This document shows positions 26,555 to 39,799 of a DNA stretch of 64,000 nucleotides, in pieces. How positions within the stretch are numbered: position 1 is the stretch's first letter; every line of letters begins with the position of its first letter. A model generated the notes under the pieces. The model was not told where the DNA came from. It saw nothing but the letters and a program-made list of their open reading frames with translations, and did not search any database. The position numbers and the translations under genes are program-made. The stretch spans positions 682,001 to 746,000 of the forward strand of contig JAYWIR010000036.1 of NCBI GenBank assembly GCA_036172245.1. The letters are read 5' to 3'. The DNA is from Raillietiella orientalis (taxonomy: Eukaryota).

Positions 26555-29250
26555 ATTTATTTTCTTTTTACATTCATACTACAATTCCATTCATACAAGT
26601 TACACATAAAAACTTCACTGCACTTCACAAGAGTTTACTTGAAGTCTATTTCTTTGGGTCTCTGAAAGTTCACTGCATTTATTTACCTGTGTGTTGTTTG
26701 AGCCTAGATGCTGCCTTCAATCCTTCTCAGGATGTGACGGTAGGTCCAGGCCTGGACTCTTCCACAGTTCCTGAAGCCGATCTCCTTCTGGATAAGCCCT
26801 TTCAGGATGTCCATCGGAGATACGGCAGTCCTGGTGGTCTTCATCTTCCACCACCGCACGAGAATGGCGGTGATGATCAGGGCGATGGTCACTCTTACCA
26901 TTGGGTTATAGCAGGGAACAGTTCCATTTCCTTGGAACATCCCTGCCAAGACCGCCATGGTCGAGTCATTGGGCAGTCCGATGACCCTTTTCAGGGTAGG
27001 CCACTCGGTTTGCAATGTGGGGCAGGTCAGGACGTGACGTCTTGAATCTATTCCACCACATGCTCTGCAGATTTCTTCTTCTCTCCTTCCCGTGAAGAGC
27101 TTCATCCTAGAACCACTCAGGATTTCTCCATGAAAGAACATGAGGAGGTTATCCTGAGTGTCCCGTGGCTGGTCACTCCTCCAGAGCGTCATTCCAATCG
27201 CTAGTGGATTAAATCCACTGCTGGCGTGGCGGTCGACGGCTTCTTGGAGGGCACTAGGGTCTTGTTCGACTATTAGTCGGCGTATGTTGTTCTTGGTTAC
27301 CCTGAACCACACGAAGTTGTTATGGTTTTCCCACGCTTCGCAAGTCCTATGGGTGAAGCTGCCAGAGACCCTTTGGACGTAACGGAGCACCCTGGAATGG
27401 TGTAGGTATCGCTGCCGTCTCCATGTCTCAGTGACATTCAAAGTAACTCTGGACCGCTGGCGTATCCAGCTCCTCATGTCATCCTGCACGGGGAGCATCC
27501 ACGGGATAAACAGGATGGACTCCTCCTGCCAGAGTTCTTTGCTTTTTGGGATGATCTTGATTTGTTCTTTCCTTATTAGTTGCTGTTTTCTCCGCCATGT
27601 TGGGTCAATGGTGGACCATTCGCCCACTCTGCCGAGCAGCGCAGTCATCAGGCCTCTCGAGTTGTTCAACAACAGCGAGTAAGCCCTGTGCGCTGCGTAC
27701 GGCTCGTCGTTTCAGTTAGAAGTCATGTCCAGGATTTGTCGCACGTCCATGATGTCCACAGCGGGGGCAGGCGACTTCATCCCGATTCCGCCTTCTTCCT
27801 TAGGCGACATAGTGGCTTGAGGCGTACCCTCGGTCTGTATCTTCACCATAGGGTTTTCCTCTGAAGCTTTTCCACCTCTCTCTTGGTATCTTTGAACATT
27901 CTGTAGAAGCCGCTCCAAAGAGTATCTTCGGAAGCAGTACTCCGTTCAAAGACTGGCCTTCTTCTTCATGTTAATGTCCGAGCGGGTATATTTCGCTCCT
28001 TCTGCTGCTTTCCCCAGGATTTCTTTCCACAGTAATTGGGATGCTGATGCTTCGCCAATGTGGACACTCAGGTACTTCACTTGGTCAACCGTGCGGAAAC
28101 CTTCCCTCGTAAGAGTGGAGAGGTCCAGGATTCCGACGGGCAAAAGCTGGCTTTTGGGGCATTGATTCTTGAGCCCATTCCTTGTTCCATTAGCTCCACC
28201 ACATGCAGAAACCCTCGCTGATCTCTCTCCCCTTTTAGGAAGAAGAGAAGATCATCTGCATAGGCTAGATGGGTGAGCTTTTGTGTATCCATTGTTATTC
28301 CGTAGAGGTATCCACTTCTCTCGATGAGCGACGAGAGGGCCTCCATGTAGATGACAAACAGCATCGGACTCGGAGCATCGCCCTGGCGGACTCCGCGTTC
28401 CATCCGGATAGCTGTTGTCATTTCACCATTAATCTTGATGCGGAAATTTTGTTCTTCGAGTACCATCTTCACGAAGTTGCTGAAGTATTCCGGGAGTCCC
28501 AGTCTTCCTAGAATCTTCAGCAGCATCTCATGGTCCACCGTATCGAAAACCTTCTCCATGTCAGTGAAGCCCAGTACCAAGTTCTCGCCGATATATCGGC
28601 TGAGTCCCACGGTGGCCTGGGCACACTTGACATTGTCCGACATGTGGCGTCCAAGCACCGCACATGTCTGGACCGTAGAGACGAACTTGCCTAAACGGTT
28701 GGCCCAGATCTTCGCCAACCACTTGGCGTCGGAGTTCAGAACGGAGATTGGCCTCCACGGAGCGACCTGCGTTAGGTCGCCTCTTTTCGGCAGCAATCTC
28801 ATCCTACTCTCGTATAAGGATTGCGGTAGTCTTTCTGCTTCCCTGATGCGTAGCGTCAGCTGGTGGAACAAACGCTGGTAGGCATGCAGGTACCGCTGAT
28901 AGTGGGAGATGGGAGCACTATCAGGGCCCGCTGCCACATCCTTGCGAAGTTCCTTGAACACAGCTTTCACTTCCTCGAAGATTTCCTCTTCCAGCATCTT
29001 TCTATTCTTTTCATCAACTCTTCTTTCCAGATGTTTCAGGAAACTATCTTCATAGGACTTGCACAGATGTCTGCGTCGGAAGTGTTCCACGTAGTGCCTT
29101 TGGAAGGCTTCAGCGATATCCTCCGACGTGCGCTTGGCTTGACCTTCGTACAGGATACAGAAGATATCTGTTGCCAGATTCCTCTTCTCCAGCACACCGA
29201 CTTCTCCCTTGATGTTTTGGAAGACGTACCGACTATCGTACTGTTGCCAG
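26555..29250 (-). mobile_element. L1/Tx1-like LINE ORF2 (RT and C-terminal zinc-knuckle region), frameshifted, with 3' UTR and A-rich end
   Basis: ORF 29195-28077 contains AAGPD, WRPISVLNSDAK, DMEKVFDTVDH, GVRQGDAPSP and LAYADD. It continues through frameshifts (VKYLSV, EGGIG) into ORF 27672-26704 with CRAC..DSRRHVLTC. There is an A-rich tail with AATAAA at ~26555-26570 on the minus strand. Confidence 0.9.
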
Positions 29251-30420
29251 TACTGCCAGCTTCACCACCTCTTCGTTGAGATGCAGTGCCCCCTGCGATG
29301 GCGGAACGGCTTCGCCAACCTGCATCGATTCGCCTTCTGGAGCGCCAACCTGCTCTGCGACCTTAGAAGAGAGTTTCTGCTCCCTGACGAGCATCCGCTT
29401 CTTGCCGCCCTAGCCGACTGTTATAAAGCCGTCCGCCGAAACCGGAGCAACCTTCGCCTTCCTCTGCTTCACCTGTTTCTGAGGTTTCACAGTCTCCGCC
29501 AAAACCTTCCCCCGCACGGAGGATTGGCTACGCATAGTTTGGTAGCTCACGAACACCGGAAAGCTCCACAGCGCATGCCCTGGCTATTTGCATAATGAGC
29601 AAACGCCATTCCTGAAACTGGCTATCCTTACGCGTTCGTGGTTGATGCCTCCTGGAGAATGTGGCTCTGCACCTTGAGTGGTGGAGAAGCGGGTGGTGGA
29701 AGACCAACGTCGCTGGTCGCTGCTCTGGGAAACCCACGAGTACCCGAGGCTGCAGCTAAAACATCCCTCTTTCAGAAACCTCGTGAGACGGTGATCGACC
29801 ATCTGGACAACAGCAGCAGCGTCTCTCGTTTTCATGGTCGTGCGGAAGGCATGCGAAGAGGAACGCGCGTGCCATCTCACGGAAGCGCGTCGAAGCTGAG
29901 AAAAGCTTCGCTCTGTGAGCGTTTCACTGGTCACGGCACCCGCCCAGTCGACCTCGGCTCTTCCTCAGTCTCCCTCCTTGTTTCTTCCCCCTTCCCGGTT
30001 CCCGCGAAGTCCGACCCTCTCCACTCTCGGAAGCCCCTCTCCCTCGCCGCAGGCGAGTGAGAGAGTAAAGAAAATCCTACGTTGGGACCACCCGGTGGCT
30101 GCTTGCAAGACGATCGTCCCTCCTCCCCATTTTCTCCCCTCTCTCCCAAGCAAGCATCCCCTCCGTCCCATTCCGTGTTACGCGTGTACCAGGTGCTGCC
30201 TTCTCTCACGCCAGGATGCGCACCGCCATCGGGGGTGCCCAGATTGGCGGAAGTGTCGACCGGGAATGGCTTGGAAGCAGAAGGCAGTGCGCCCTTGCAG
30301 TCCTCCCCAGCACCAGGATTTCTACCTGTGTCCTTCCAGAGCCTTCGGTGAGGACAGAGGAAGGTCCCGAAAACCAGTCCTCATCCAGAGCGGTCTTCGG
30401 GGACATCAGCTCTTCCCGGT
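29250..30420 (-). mobile_element. Heavily degenerate endonuclease/linker region upstream of the L1/Tx1-like RT
   Basis: ILVLG/GEDCK (~30320-30295, GGDFN-like), WSQRRIF (~30090, SRIDR-like) and CRDQ (~29935, SDH-like) occur in the expected order and spacing relative to the RT. Confidence 0.4.
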
Positions 30421-31344
30421 GGGACCTCCGTCTTGCGCAGACGGAGGGCGCTACAGGAGACCCTCCCCCGTCGAGGACGCTCGAGAGTTCCCCCTCCCTG
30501 GAACTCCGAGGCTCCCTCCGAATGCGTTCTCTCAGGATGCCGGCGTCCCGCGGCTGCGGAGGGCAAACTCTTCCTCCCTCCGCAGCAGCTTCCTCGCTCT
30601 TTTTCCCAGCTCTTTTTCCCCTGCGCGGCTTCCTCGAGGACCACGCCCCGGTCGTGGCTGACCTCGAGTGCCGCCTGCTGCGCAGACAGCGCCTCGGGAA
30701 GAGGCGGACGTACCTCCCCGGCGCCGTCCTCCCGCCTTCCCGCAGGAACGTCCTACCCCACTCCCCCTTTCGGCGCGTCGTGCGGCCTCCCTGCTGGTGC
30801 CCGCGGCGGAAACAGGTTCCGAGGGGCAGTCGGCCTCGCTCCGGCAGAGCCGCCGTCCATCCCTCCAGGGCAGTGCAGCCGGCTGGAAAGTTTCGACCAC
30901 CAGCCTCCGCGCGAGTTGCCCCTCCTCCCTGGGGACGCGCCGCGCGCGCGGTCTCGATCCCCCAGCAGCCTCCGCCCACGGCGCTCCTCAGTGGCTCCAG
31001 AGCACCGCCGCCGTCCTCTCGGGAGCGTCGGATGTCTGTTGCTGAGGCTCCCCTCCGGCGTCTCCTGGGCCCCGCGCTGCGGCCATTCCCTGCGATGACC
31101 GATGGCCCGCCGCGGCCGGATACTCCCGGCTCGCGGCGGGCTGCGCAGCGGCACTGCCGCGCCTGCCTTCCCCTCCATCCCGGAATCTTGAGGGCCGCCA
31201 GGCTGCTTACGAGTGGGCAACCTGCGCCCAGAGTGGCCACCCGTTCTCCGGCTTGCAACACCGGGGAGACCCCAGGCAGCGGCTGGCTGGAAGCGCTGCC
31301 TATCCAAATCCCGAAATCTCGAAAATCACGAAAACTAAATAAAT

Positions 31345-31920
31345 AAGTAGGTTTATTCTATGTACATATATTAGTATTATTCACTCTGTATAACAATAAT
31401 AATGAGTCTATATAATCTACGTATGAATTTTATACATTTCTATACAGATTAATACACTATTTTGTTTTAATACACACACATTAATTCATATTTACCAACT
31501 CACTTATTACCAATAATAATATTGTTTTTAACACATATACCTTCATTGATATTTATTAGCGTGCACATAATTAATATAATTCATCAAATCACCAATATAT
31601 TATGAACATATATATATATATATTGAAGATCATAAAAAATAAGCATATATATGTTGATTATATGCACATTAATACATATTTATATTTATAATAAATGTAT
31701 ATTGAATGAATGTATAAATATTGGATTATAAAATATGAAAAATAATGGGGACAATTAAGAATAGTGGGGAAAAGAATAAAAAAATATATAATAAATATAC
31801 ATGTGTATATTTATTTTTATACTCTTTATATAGTAATATAACTACCACTTATATGTCCACTAATAAATGTTGATGAATACCTATGTTAAAGTAAATCTGT
31901 ATGTTGATACAATGCATTTA
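31345..31920. other. Extremely AT-rich low-complexity segment at the GC-domain boundary
   Basis: Nearly all A/T with (TA)n runs, starting abruptly after GC-rich sequence. Confidence 0.85.
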
Positions 31921-33112
31921 TTTTACAATGATCGTTCGGGATTTCGCACCCAACCCGATTGGAAGCAGTCAACTCTTGCAGTGTCCCCTTTGCGGAGACT
32001 GGACTGCACCTCCTCAGCGTTTCCTCTAAGGTTTGAGCCAGGAGCAGATGCAGATGCCCAGCTGCCAACTGGCAGGCGGTTGGATGCACCGACAGGGATG
32101 CGTCGGAAGCTATCACTCTCTTTTGAGCGGCAGTGGTGCGACCAGCCCTCCCCCTCCTCCACTGCCCACCTTCAACTGCCAAAACGCTAACTCAGCCTTG
32201 GCTGGCAAATCGACCAGTTCGCCGAGTGGCTGACGTGTTGCTAAGTGCCCTCCGCGTTTCTTGCGGCCGCAAGTTTTGCCTGGCGGCCAGATTCCGAACA
32301 AACCCTCTCCACGAGGATTGCTGCCATCTTGTCTCTCAGACAACCGGGAACGAATGCTCCAGCCCGGATGTTTCCCTCTTGGGCGTTTGGGACGATGCTA
32401 CCATTTTGGTAGTTCCTTTTGTCACTTGAGTAGGGAATCCAAGAATTGCGGCATTCCTCTGCAAGATCTAATGAAGCGTTTCTTTGTGCGTGCATTCAGT
32501 CTTCATTCCGTCGTTTCGTTTCCGCTTCCTGATAGCATCATATCCTCCAGCTAACCTTCAGAATCAGTCAAGAGAGTGAACACTTGAAAGTTCTGTCTGC
32601 AAGCGGAATCTTCAGGGTATGCCTTCCTGATGAACGTGATGCTCATCTGGACCATTTAGGGAATCGTTCAAAGGAGTGCGGCAGTTGTTCGAACCGTTTT
32701 GCTCTGAGACCGCTTCCTCGGACCACTTAACACCCTCATTTTGGTGATACAAACATGCACAACAGCTCAATCTGAACATTTAAATCTTCTTCCTCTGCTC
32801 AATGCAAGTCTTGAAGAGCACTGTGCTTTGTTTTGCGAATCCTGTTCTCCCGAGAATATGGTTCCAAGGACCGCTTAATTGCTGAAAACTTGTCTCTAGA
32901 TTTGCCGAACTTCATTTTTTCCCCTTCGGCTCAGTTTGCACCTCCAAGAAACATCTGAGCTATAGATGAGCTATAGAGTATGTGCTAATGTGCAAGATCT
33001 TGTGGGTATCCGGCATCTACCTTCTCTTTTATCCGTAGAAGCTTAAAATGTGTTAGTTGCCTACCTGGCTACCAGTTCATATTTGCTTCTTCATCTTCAA
33101 GATCATATAATG

Positions 33113-33160
33113 CATTCAGATATCTGATATTTACATATCTGGATATCAGATATCTGAATG
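33113..33160. repeat. Perfect 18-bp inverted repeat with 12-nt loop
   Basis: CATTCAGATATCTGATAT (33113-33130) pairs with ATATCAGATATCTGAATG (33143-33160). Confidence 0.9.
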
Positions 33161-34629
33161 AAGCATTCATTACATTACACATACATTTTGGATCAACGTA
33201 CTTTTGGAGGGGGAAAATCTTTTCTTTTTAACCGTTACTAATTACCAGTGAAATGTTGAGAGTAAGCTGCAATGCTATCTGATGCGATTGCTGTACATCA
33301 CACGTCCATATAAATTTAAAGTACGAGGCACATTTGTTGAATTCCCTGGAAAATGCTAATGATTGATGAGTGTTCTGTAGTCTCTGTGCTAACATTGGTT
33401 CGCATTCCCATCTGTCAGTTTGCTTCTTTCTTTAAGAAATCACCGTGACACCACTCTCCAGTTGCCTTTGATATATTTGCGTTTCTTTTTTTACGTTTTT
33501 GAAATGTCGTTTGATTGGCAACTAGTAAACTTCGCTGTTTGGTCTTTGCTCTCCTCACATTACAAACCAATATTAATTTCACAAGAAGAATCACATGATG
33601 AAAGGATGATAAGAGAATTATGAGTTAGTAGAAATAAGACACTGATTTAACGATTCAATAAATTTGTATTCTGAGTTTGCTCCGAACATAAGAGACACCC
33701 TGAATTCAGCGTGTGTTCGTTATGAAACACCTCAAACTAAAATTCTTTTGATCATATTCCTAGATCTTTCCAGGAAGGATGAAATTTTAATGCTGTATCT
33801 ATTTGTTTCGGAAGCACTGATTAAAAATGGAAACATATCTAATTCTGGATACAGCTTCAAATTATTATGCTCAATGACCCTAAATTATTGCAATAAATCA
33901 AAACAGTTCTAAAGTTTTGACTGAATTGCATGGATTACCGATACATTTAGCCGCGTGCGTTTTATTTCTCAGCAATTTATTTAGAGTGTATTTCTAGAAT
34001 TGAAGCTCAAACTTAAAGTCAAAGTGAACATCCTTTTGTCATTGTGACAAATTTTAATTTTGCTTCACACAAACATTTCTCAAGATCTGTTACTTCAAGT
34101 TTTTTTTTAGCTTATAATTTCAGGCATTTATGGGAAGAATAAGTGATTTTATTTTATTTTTTTTTAATTTTCTGAAATTGGGGCACTAGACCAAGCAAGA
34201 AGACCTGATACGTGAAATTTTAAAATATTTAAAAATGAGCATGAAATTAATTACTGACGACTCTCTTAGACAATCATATGGATTTTATCATTTATCAAGA
34301 TCAGACTAAAGCTGAGTACTTATTATAGCTACAAATCGCACGCGAAGTTCACTTTGAAAATGTTTAGAATTATATCAATGCTGTCACTAAGACTGGCACT
34401 TCTGTGAATGAAAACAAATACTAAAATGCAACGCAGATGTGATGTAACGCATGTAATAGCAGAGGGTCATTTTGATGTTGCAATGTTGCGTATTGGAGAG
34501 GACGTTTTCTCGTAGAAAGGAAACTGTTAAAATATTTATTCATTGCAAAATAAATGTTTTGTGATCCCTTGCTGTACATGTTATCTCTTCTTTTTTAGTA
34601 AGTGTAAACTGAATGCAGTATAAAAATAC

Positions 34630-36878
34630 ATGGGCAAAGATGACAAAATGGTGAATGAAACCTTACTTTCTCATACCAGTGAAGATTCAGAAACTAATGG
34701 AGAAGGATATCCAAAAAATGAAATTATTGCAGATAATGTGAACGCAACTGATTGTAATGAAAACGAACAGTTCTTGATCAATAATGACATGTGTGATTCC
34801 AGTAGGAGAGACAATCAAGAGTTTGTAATTTCTACCCTCTTTCTTTTCTGATTGTGTATTTAAGGGTTTCCCATAATTTGACTAGGAAAGCCACATTCAG
34901 TGCATGAATTCGTGGTTCTTTTTAAACCTTGTTACCCAATAGTATGTGGTTTTCGAGTTCTACCATATAGTATGTAAAGAACAGTTTGGTTTCTGAGAGA
35001 ACATTCGCAATTATGACTCAGAGATAGATCATGACCGGATTTGTTGGAATGTAAATGCTCTAGATTCGATTGCTGTATATGTTTTGATATCTTAGGTCCA
35101 CAATAGTCAGTCTTAGAGTAATTAAACTGTATGGAGGACATAATAAGAAAGTTGTTAGTAATTAAGGTTACCAGTTTGTGAATTCCTTGGGAATTCCTTG
35201 CAAAAAGCAATGAAATGTATGTTATAAAGTGTGTCTTGTTTTTCAGGTTGGGTAATTCCAAGAAAGGAATTGACAAGTCGATTGTTCCTGGTTTGGCAGC
35301 ATCTCCTCCAAGGTTTGTCTCCTTACAAGAATTCATGAGAGCCACTAAAAGCTTGAGTGAAATGGCTCTGGCACATGAAATTGCTTTTGACAAAGAATTT
35401 AAGCTTCAACAACAAACAGAACAGGAAAACAAGTAGTTTTCTTATGCATATTTGTTAGAGAAAATGTTGGTTGAAGATTTCAGATGGAAATGAAAGATGT
35501 GATGATGAAGACTTTCTGGGATCTTTTAGAGAAGGAATTACAAATGTGTCCTCCAAAATACGAGAAGGCCATGGTTCTTTTGATGGAAATTAAAAAGGTG
35601 TGTCGGAGGTGCACTGACAAAGCCTTAAATAGAGCTTAGAGTCTTCTGGCATGTTTGTTGCCCCATCACACACATATCAAGAAACAGATCAATGATTCTC
35701 TGGATTCTGTTCTGATTCAACAACAAGTAGTTAATGGAACTGCTGATTTTGGTGCTATTTCTCGTTACATCTTGAGTGTGATGGCTCGTTTGTGTGCCCC
35801 AGCACGAGATGAACGCATTAACCAACTTATGGCAAATACAGATCACATTTCTGTATTCAAGGGTATTTTAGAGGTCAGTGCAATTCACTTTTCAGGCACT
35901 AACTTATTGGCTATGCAGGTATTACAGCTTATGCACATTGACATGGCAAATTTCACAATTGAACAATTTCGTCCTCTGGTGGAGGCACATAGTGTAGAAT
36001 ATGAGCGTAAGAAGTTCGCAGAGTTCTTACAAACGCTACCTGATCAAGGTATCTATGGAACATTGATTTGTTTTGATGCATCCTTTTGCAGAATTGCCTT
36101 TGGCACAGTCTTGGTTACAGCAGCAGGTTAACAAATCAGAATCACTGCAAGAGTGTACAGTGTCTCGCATTTTGTGTGGAGCATATGTGAATTTGCTGGA
36201 AGATTGCCCAGAAAACAGTTTCCCAGAAACAGTATCTTTTGACCAAAAACGCTTTTTATATCTCCGTGACCAAGTCAATTACCTTAGTGTACTCAGTGCT
36301 ATCCTGTTAGTAGCCCTTAGTTCCAGTGGTCCAACATTGCAGCAAGTGGCTGCATATCGTACTGATCTGAAAACTCATATAGAAGTGTTACTAAATAGTA
36401 ATTCTACAGACAGGTAAGATGGTTTACATCTGTTGGCAAGTGATTGGCTATGGATGGAGTAGCGCCATTGCACAGATCCTGCCTTCTATAGCCTTCCAGA
36501 TTCATCAGGATATGGCTGCACACCTTCAAAAGTGTGGTCTTCCAGCCTTATCACCAGATGCAGAGTTAGTTCTAAGAGGAACAATTTCTAGCATTTCCTC
36601 TCCTGAGCATAGAATTCGCTCACTTGTCAGTGAGTAGCACCATAAAGTTAGCTTGTTGTAGAATGATTCCTTTAGAAAAACGCATACTGCAGTTTTTATA
36701 TAATGTCATCGTATCAACAACTGCAACCCCTAGCTTGATGCCTGCTGGTTTATCAATCATACACAAAGAACTTGTGGAACTAGCTGGCAATTTCCTAAAG
36801 CTTACTACTCATAATAGAGCTGTGTTTGGCACCTACTATACTGAAGTTATTGAAAAACTGAAGGCAGAACAGCAATGA
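34630..36878 (+). CDS. TCP11L1: T-complex protein 11-like protein (TCP11 family), multi-exon
   Basis: Family motifs across short GT-AG introns: ASPPRFVSLQEFM..MALAHEIA, FWDLL, LCAPARDE, LMHIDMANFTI..RP..SVEYERKKF, FPETVSFDQKR, HNRAVFGTYY. Stop TGA at 36876-36878; AATAAA at ~37421. Confidence 0.92.
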
Positions 36879-37609
36879 AATCATTTGAGATCATGTTGGG
36901 CCAGACATATGAAGTTGGTTGGTAAGTAATTCAGTAAGCAACCCTTATGAAGTGTGTATAGGGCATTCATGCAGATGTCAGTTGAGTTCTAGCTCCATAG
37001 TGTTCCTTGCTTCTACTTAGCAGATTCAACCATTTCTAGATGTAGTTTCATGTTTGTTCATTTTGTATGTGCAGAGTGATTCAGAGATTGGTTGTTTCGT
37101 TTGCAAGATTATGGCTATATTTGATGCCTTTTCCTCGATTTCATCAAATTCATGGGATCATTAAATTGCTTTACATGTAATGATATAGTGAGCAATACTG
37201 TGGTACCACTGGTCAATATAAGCCATGTTGCCAGTAAAAGCATATATGAGAAAAAGATTATCGGTCTCTGTGTTTCACAATTTGTTGGAATTCTTGAGTA
37301 AATAAAATTTGTTTCGGACTGGGAGAAAAATTGTTAGTATATTAAAGACTTAACATAACAAGTGCTCATCTTTGGGGGTCAGTTTTTACTTGCACTGGTA
37401 TGGTTGTGACCTTGTACTGTAATAAAATAAACCTGCTCTACCAGTGCCTACTTTGGATTGAATTTTAGTGGAAAGTCAACCATCTTCCATTTGGTAGTTG
37501 CCTGGTTAATTCAATTATATGTACATTTTCTTAATTGTTTAATCTGGATAAACTGATGTGTAACACCAAGTTTTTAGTTTAGTTTAGATTAGTTTTTGTG
37601 GCGGACTAG

Positions 37610-38647
37610 TCATGGCCAATGAACCAGTCTGGTGCATCTTTGCTTAACAAATACCTGAATTTAGGTCATATGATATAGAAAAGATGTAAAGATGGATTAC
37701 ATGGCCCTCATTTTAAGTACCAGAAAGTTTGAAGTCGTACGTTTTTACGTAGTGAATAGGTTTCCTGCACCTGGCGGGACAGAGAAAAAAATTATGATTC
37801 TGTGGAAACCTTGTCCACTATTCCAAAATTGAATTCAGTTTATTTGCGATTAGTACATTTTTCCTGGTTCCCTCCATTGTTGCTGCCATGACAGTTTCCT
37901 TCCTAATTGTTTTTAGCTTTGCAAAGTGCAAAAGGAATTCAGAAAGTGGTTTTGCAATCTAAAGAATTGAAAGAAGCAGATGTATCTGTGTTGTTTTCTG
38001 ATTGTTGTTTCTGGTGCGACGCAGGTCCAACGAGCGTTCTCTGCAGAACTCTCTTCATCTAGCTCTGGTTCCTTGGAATAGTTGGAATCCAAAAATGCTA
38101 TCCCAGCCGTGCCCATGGTTGCTGCTGTCTCCTTGGATGCGGATACTGCCCGGACTGTTTTTCGCCAGGCCCTGTTTTCATCCCCGATATGTTTAGGGAC
38201 CGTCATCACAGCGATTGGCGCTATTCCCCTTGCTTCAAGATCTTGGAAACAATCTTGTGAATCTTGAACACCGAAAACCCCCCAATGATATCCGATCACG
38301 TTTTGGGATATCCTAGATCGTTTCCGATAATTTAGATCGAGGCTGGCTCCAGGAATGAATTCAGGGAATATAGTTGGTGTTATCCCCTTTCCACCTAATC
38401 TCTGGGCGTCGGGTGCGTTCTTTCATAACAGCCTATGATATCTTCGGTGCGGAGGTCGCCCCACTCCGTAGTTGGTTTGAGGTTGCGCATCTGACGAGGT
38501 CACCATCGCCGCATCCGCAGCGGTGCCAAGCGCGTAGGGGCTTCGACAAGTTGTGATTACCTGTTCTGACTTTTGCCGCGTGGTAACCACCGCATCCACC
38601 AGCGTTTCTGGTGGAAGAGGGCCCCAAGGCTCAGTCCGCTTTGCCAT
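37610..38647 (-). mobile_element. Decayed LTR-retrotransposon gag-like remnant (Ty3/gypsy-like)
   Basis: A single frame 38647-37913 with one internal stop contains FPEFIPG..IGYHWG..RGIA..W.K. It is followed by degenerate CCHC-like knuckles RCRKPIHYVK (~37770-37745) and RCTR..IGHD (~37640-37610). Confidence 0.45.
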
Positions 38648-39799
38648 CCTGTCTTCATAATCTCCTACAGATCTTAGATATTGAGGTACTTCATGTGTTC
38701 GGAAGGAGGAGACTCAGACAAAAGGGGCTCAGCTCTTCTTTTCTTTTTTCTTTCCATCTATGAACTTGCGTTTGTAAAAGTTTAGAGACGGAATGGGAAA
38801 AAAGTGCACCTTGGAACCTGGTAAACTTGATTCTAGTAACACATGTTGTTTGAGGTAGAAGAGGTGAAAGATTAAGAATTAAGATTTCGGAGACCGCTCA
38901 CTTTACAAAACAACTTGTCTTGTCCAACAACTTGGTCAAGAGTCCCTGACTTACTGCAACCTCACTCTTTAGTTTAATTCAAAGAATTTATCGCACTGGA
39001 ATTTTACATGACTCACCTGATACTTTAATTGCGCCATTTCCCAAGGTGAATCCGGATAATAAATCATAAATCAGTTTGGGAGCTCTTCGGTCACTTTGGT
39101 AACCCTGCTGGTACTCAAAAAGGTGGGCTCATTTCTACAGTTTTGTATCGTATCTGAAATCTCAATCTCATCAGTTTTTTTAATAAGTGATTACTTAGTT
39201 TCGACCTCATCCTGTACCCATCTTTACCCTCGCCTTTCCATCATATCACATTCTTCATATTCTCCATAATTAATTAACCTATTCTTATCAGCCACATCCA
39301 AAACCAATCATTCAACTTTATTTCATCCATACCCGATTACTCTTTTTGTGAAGATTCAAATGCAAGAATAATGAACTTGAAATTGAAATTTCTACTCCGT
39401 ATGGATTTTAGCCCCACATTTGGCCCATTCTTCACGGCAACTTCATAAATTCCAAGTAATATTTTAAAATTAAATCCAACCCACCTCTATGGTGTAAGAA
39501 TTCATGGTGTAAAACACACCACCAACACACACTTGTATATGTTCATGTTAGACTCTGCTTCTTCAGAAAAAGTATCACGAAATTATGAAACGCTCTGCAT
39601 TTCCACGAATTCCATCCGTCCTCTAATCATCAAGTCTTTGCGTCTTTTTTTTTTTCTTCTTGTGTTTCACTATTTTTCCAATCTTTATTCATAGCTGCTC
39701 GTGGTTTCGCTTTCTGTTTATCTACTTGTACCCTTTTGTATAATTATAAATGTTCAATGTTTTCGTCTTGAACGTCATCATCTGTGATCACAAGCGCAT

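Noticed and set aside
1100..31340. Numerous 100-370 aa overlapping ORFs rich in Arg/Gly/Pro/Ala (e.g. 3610-4698, 8967-9998, 30216-31346)
   Set aside because: Expected from stop-codon scarcity at high GC; they occur in all six frames and carry no domain motifs.
31930..32950. GC-elevated island with LEEHCALFCESCSPENMVP, reminiscent of CACTA/EnSpm-type transposases
   Set aside because: A single weak motif with no catalytic residues or termini; too little to call.
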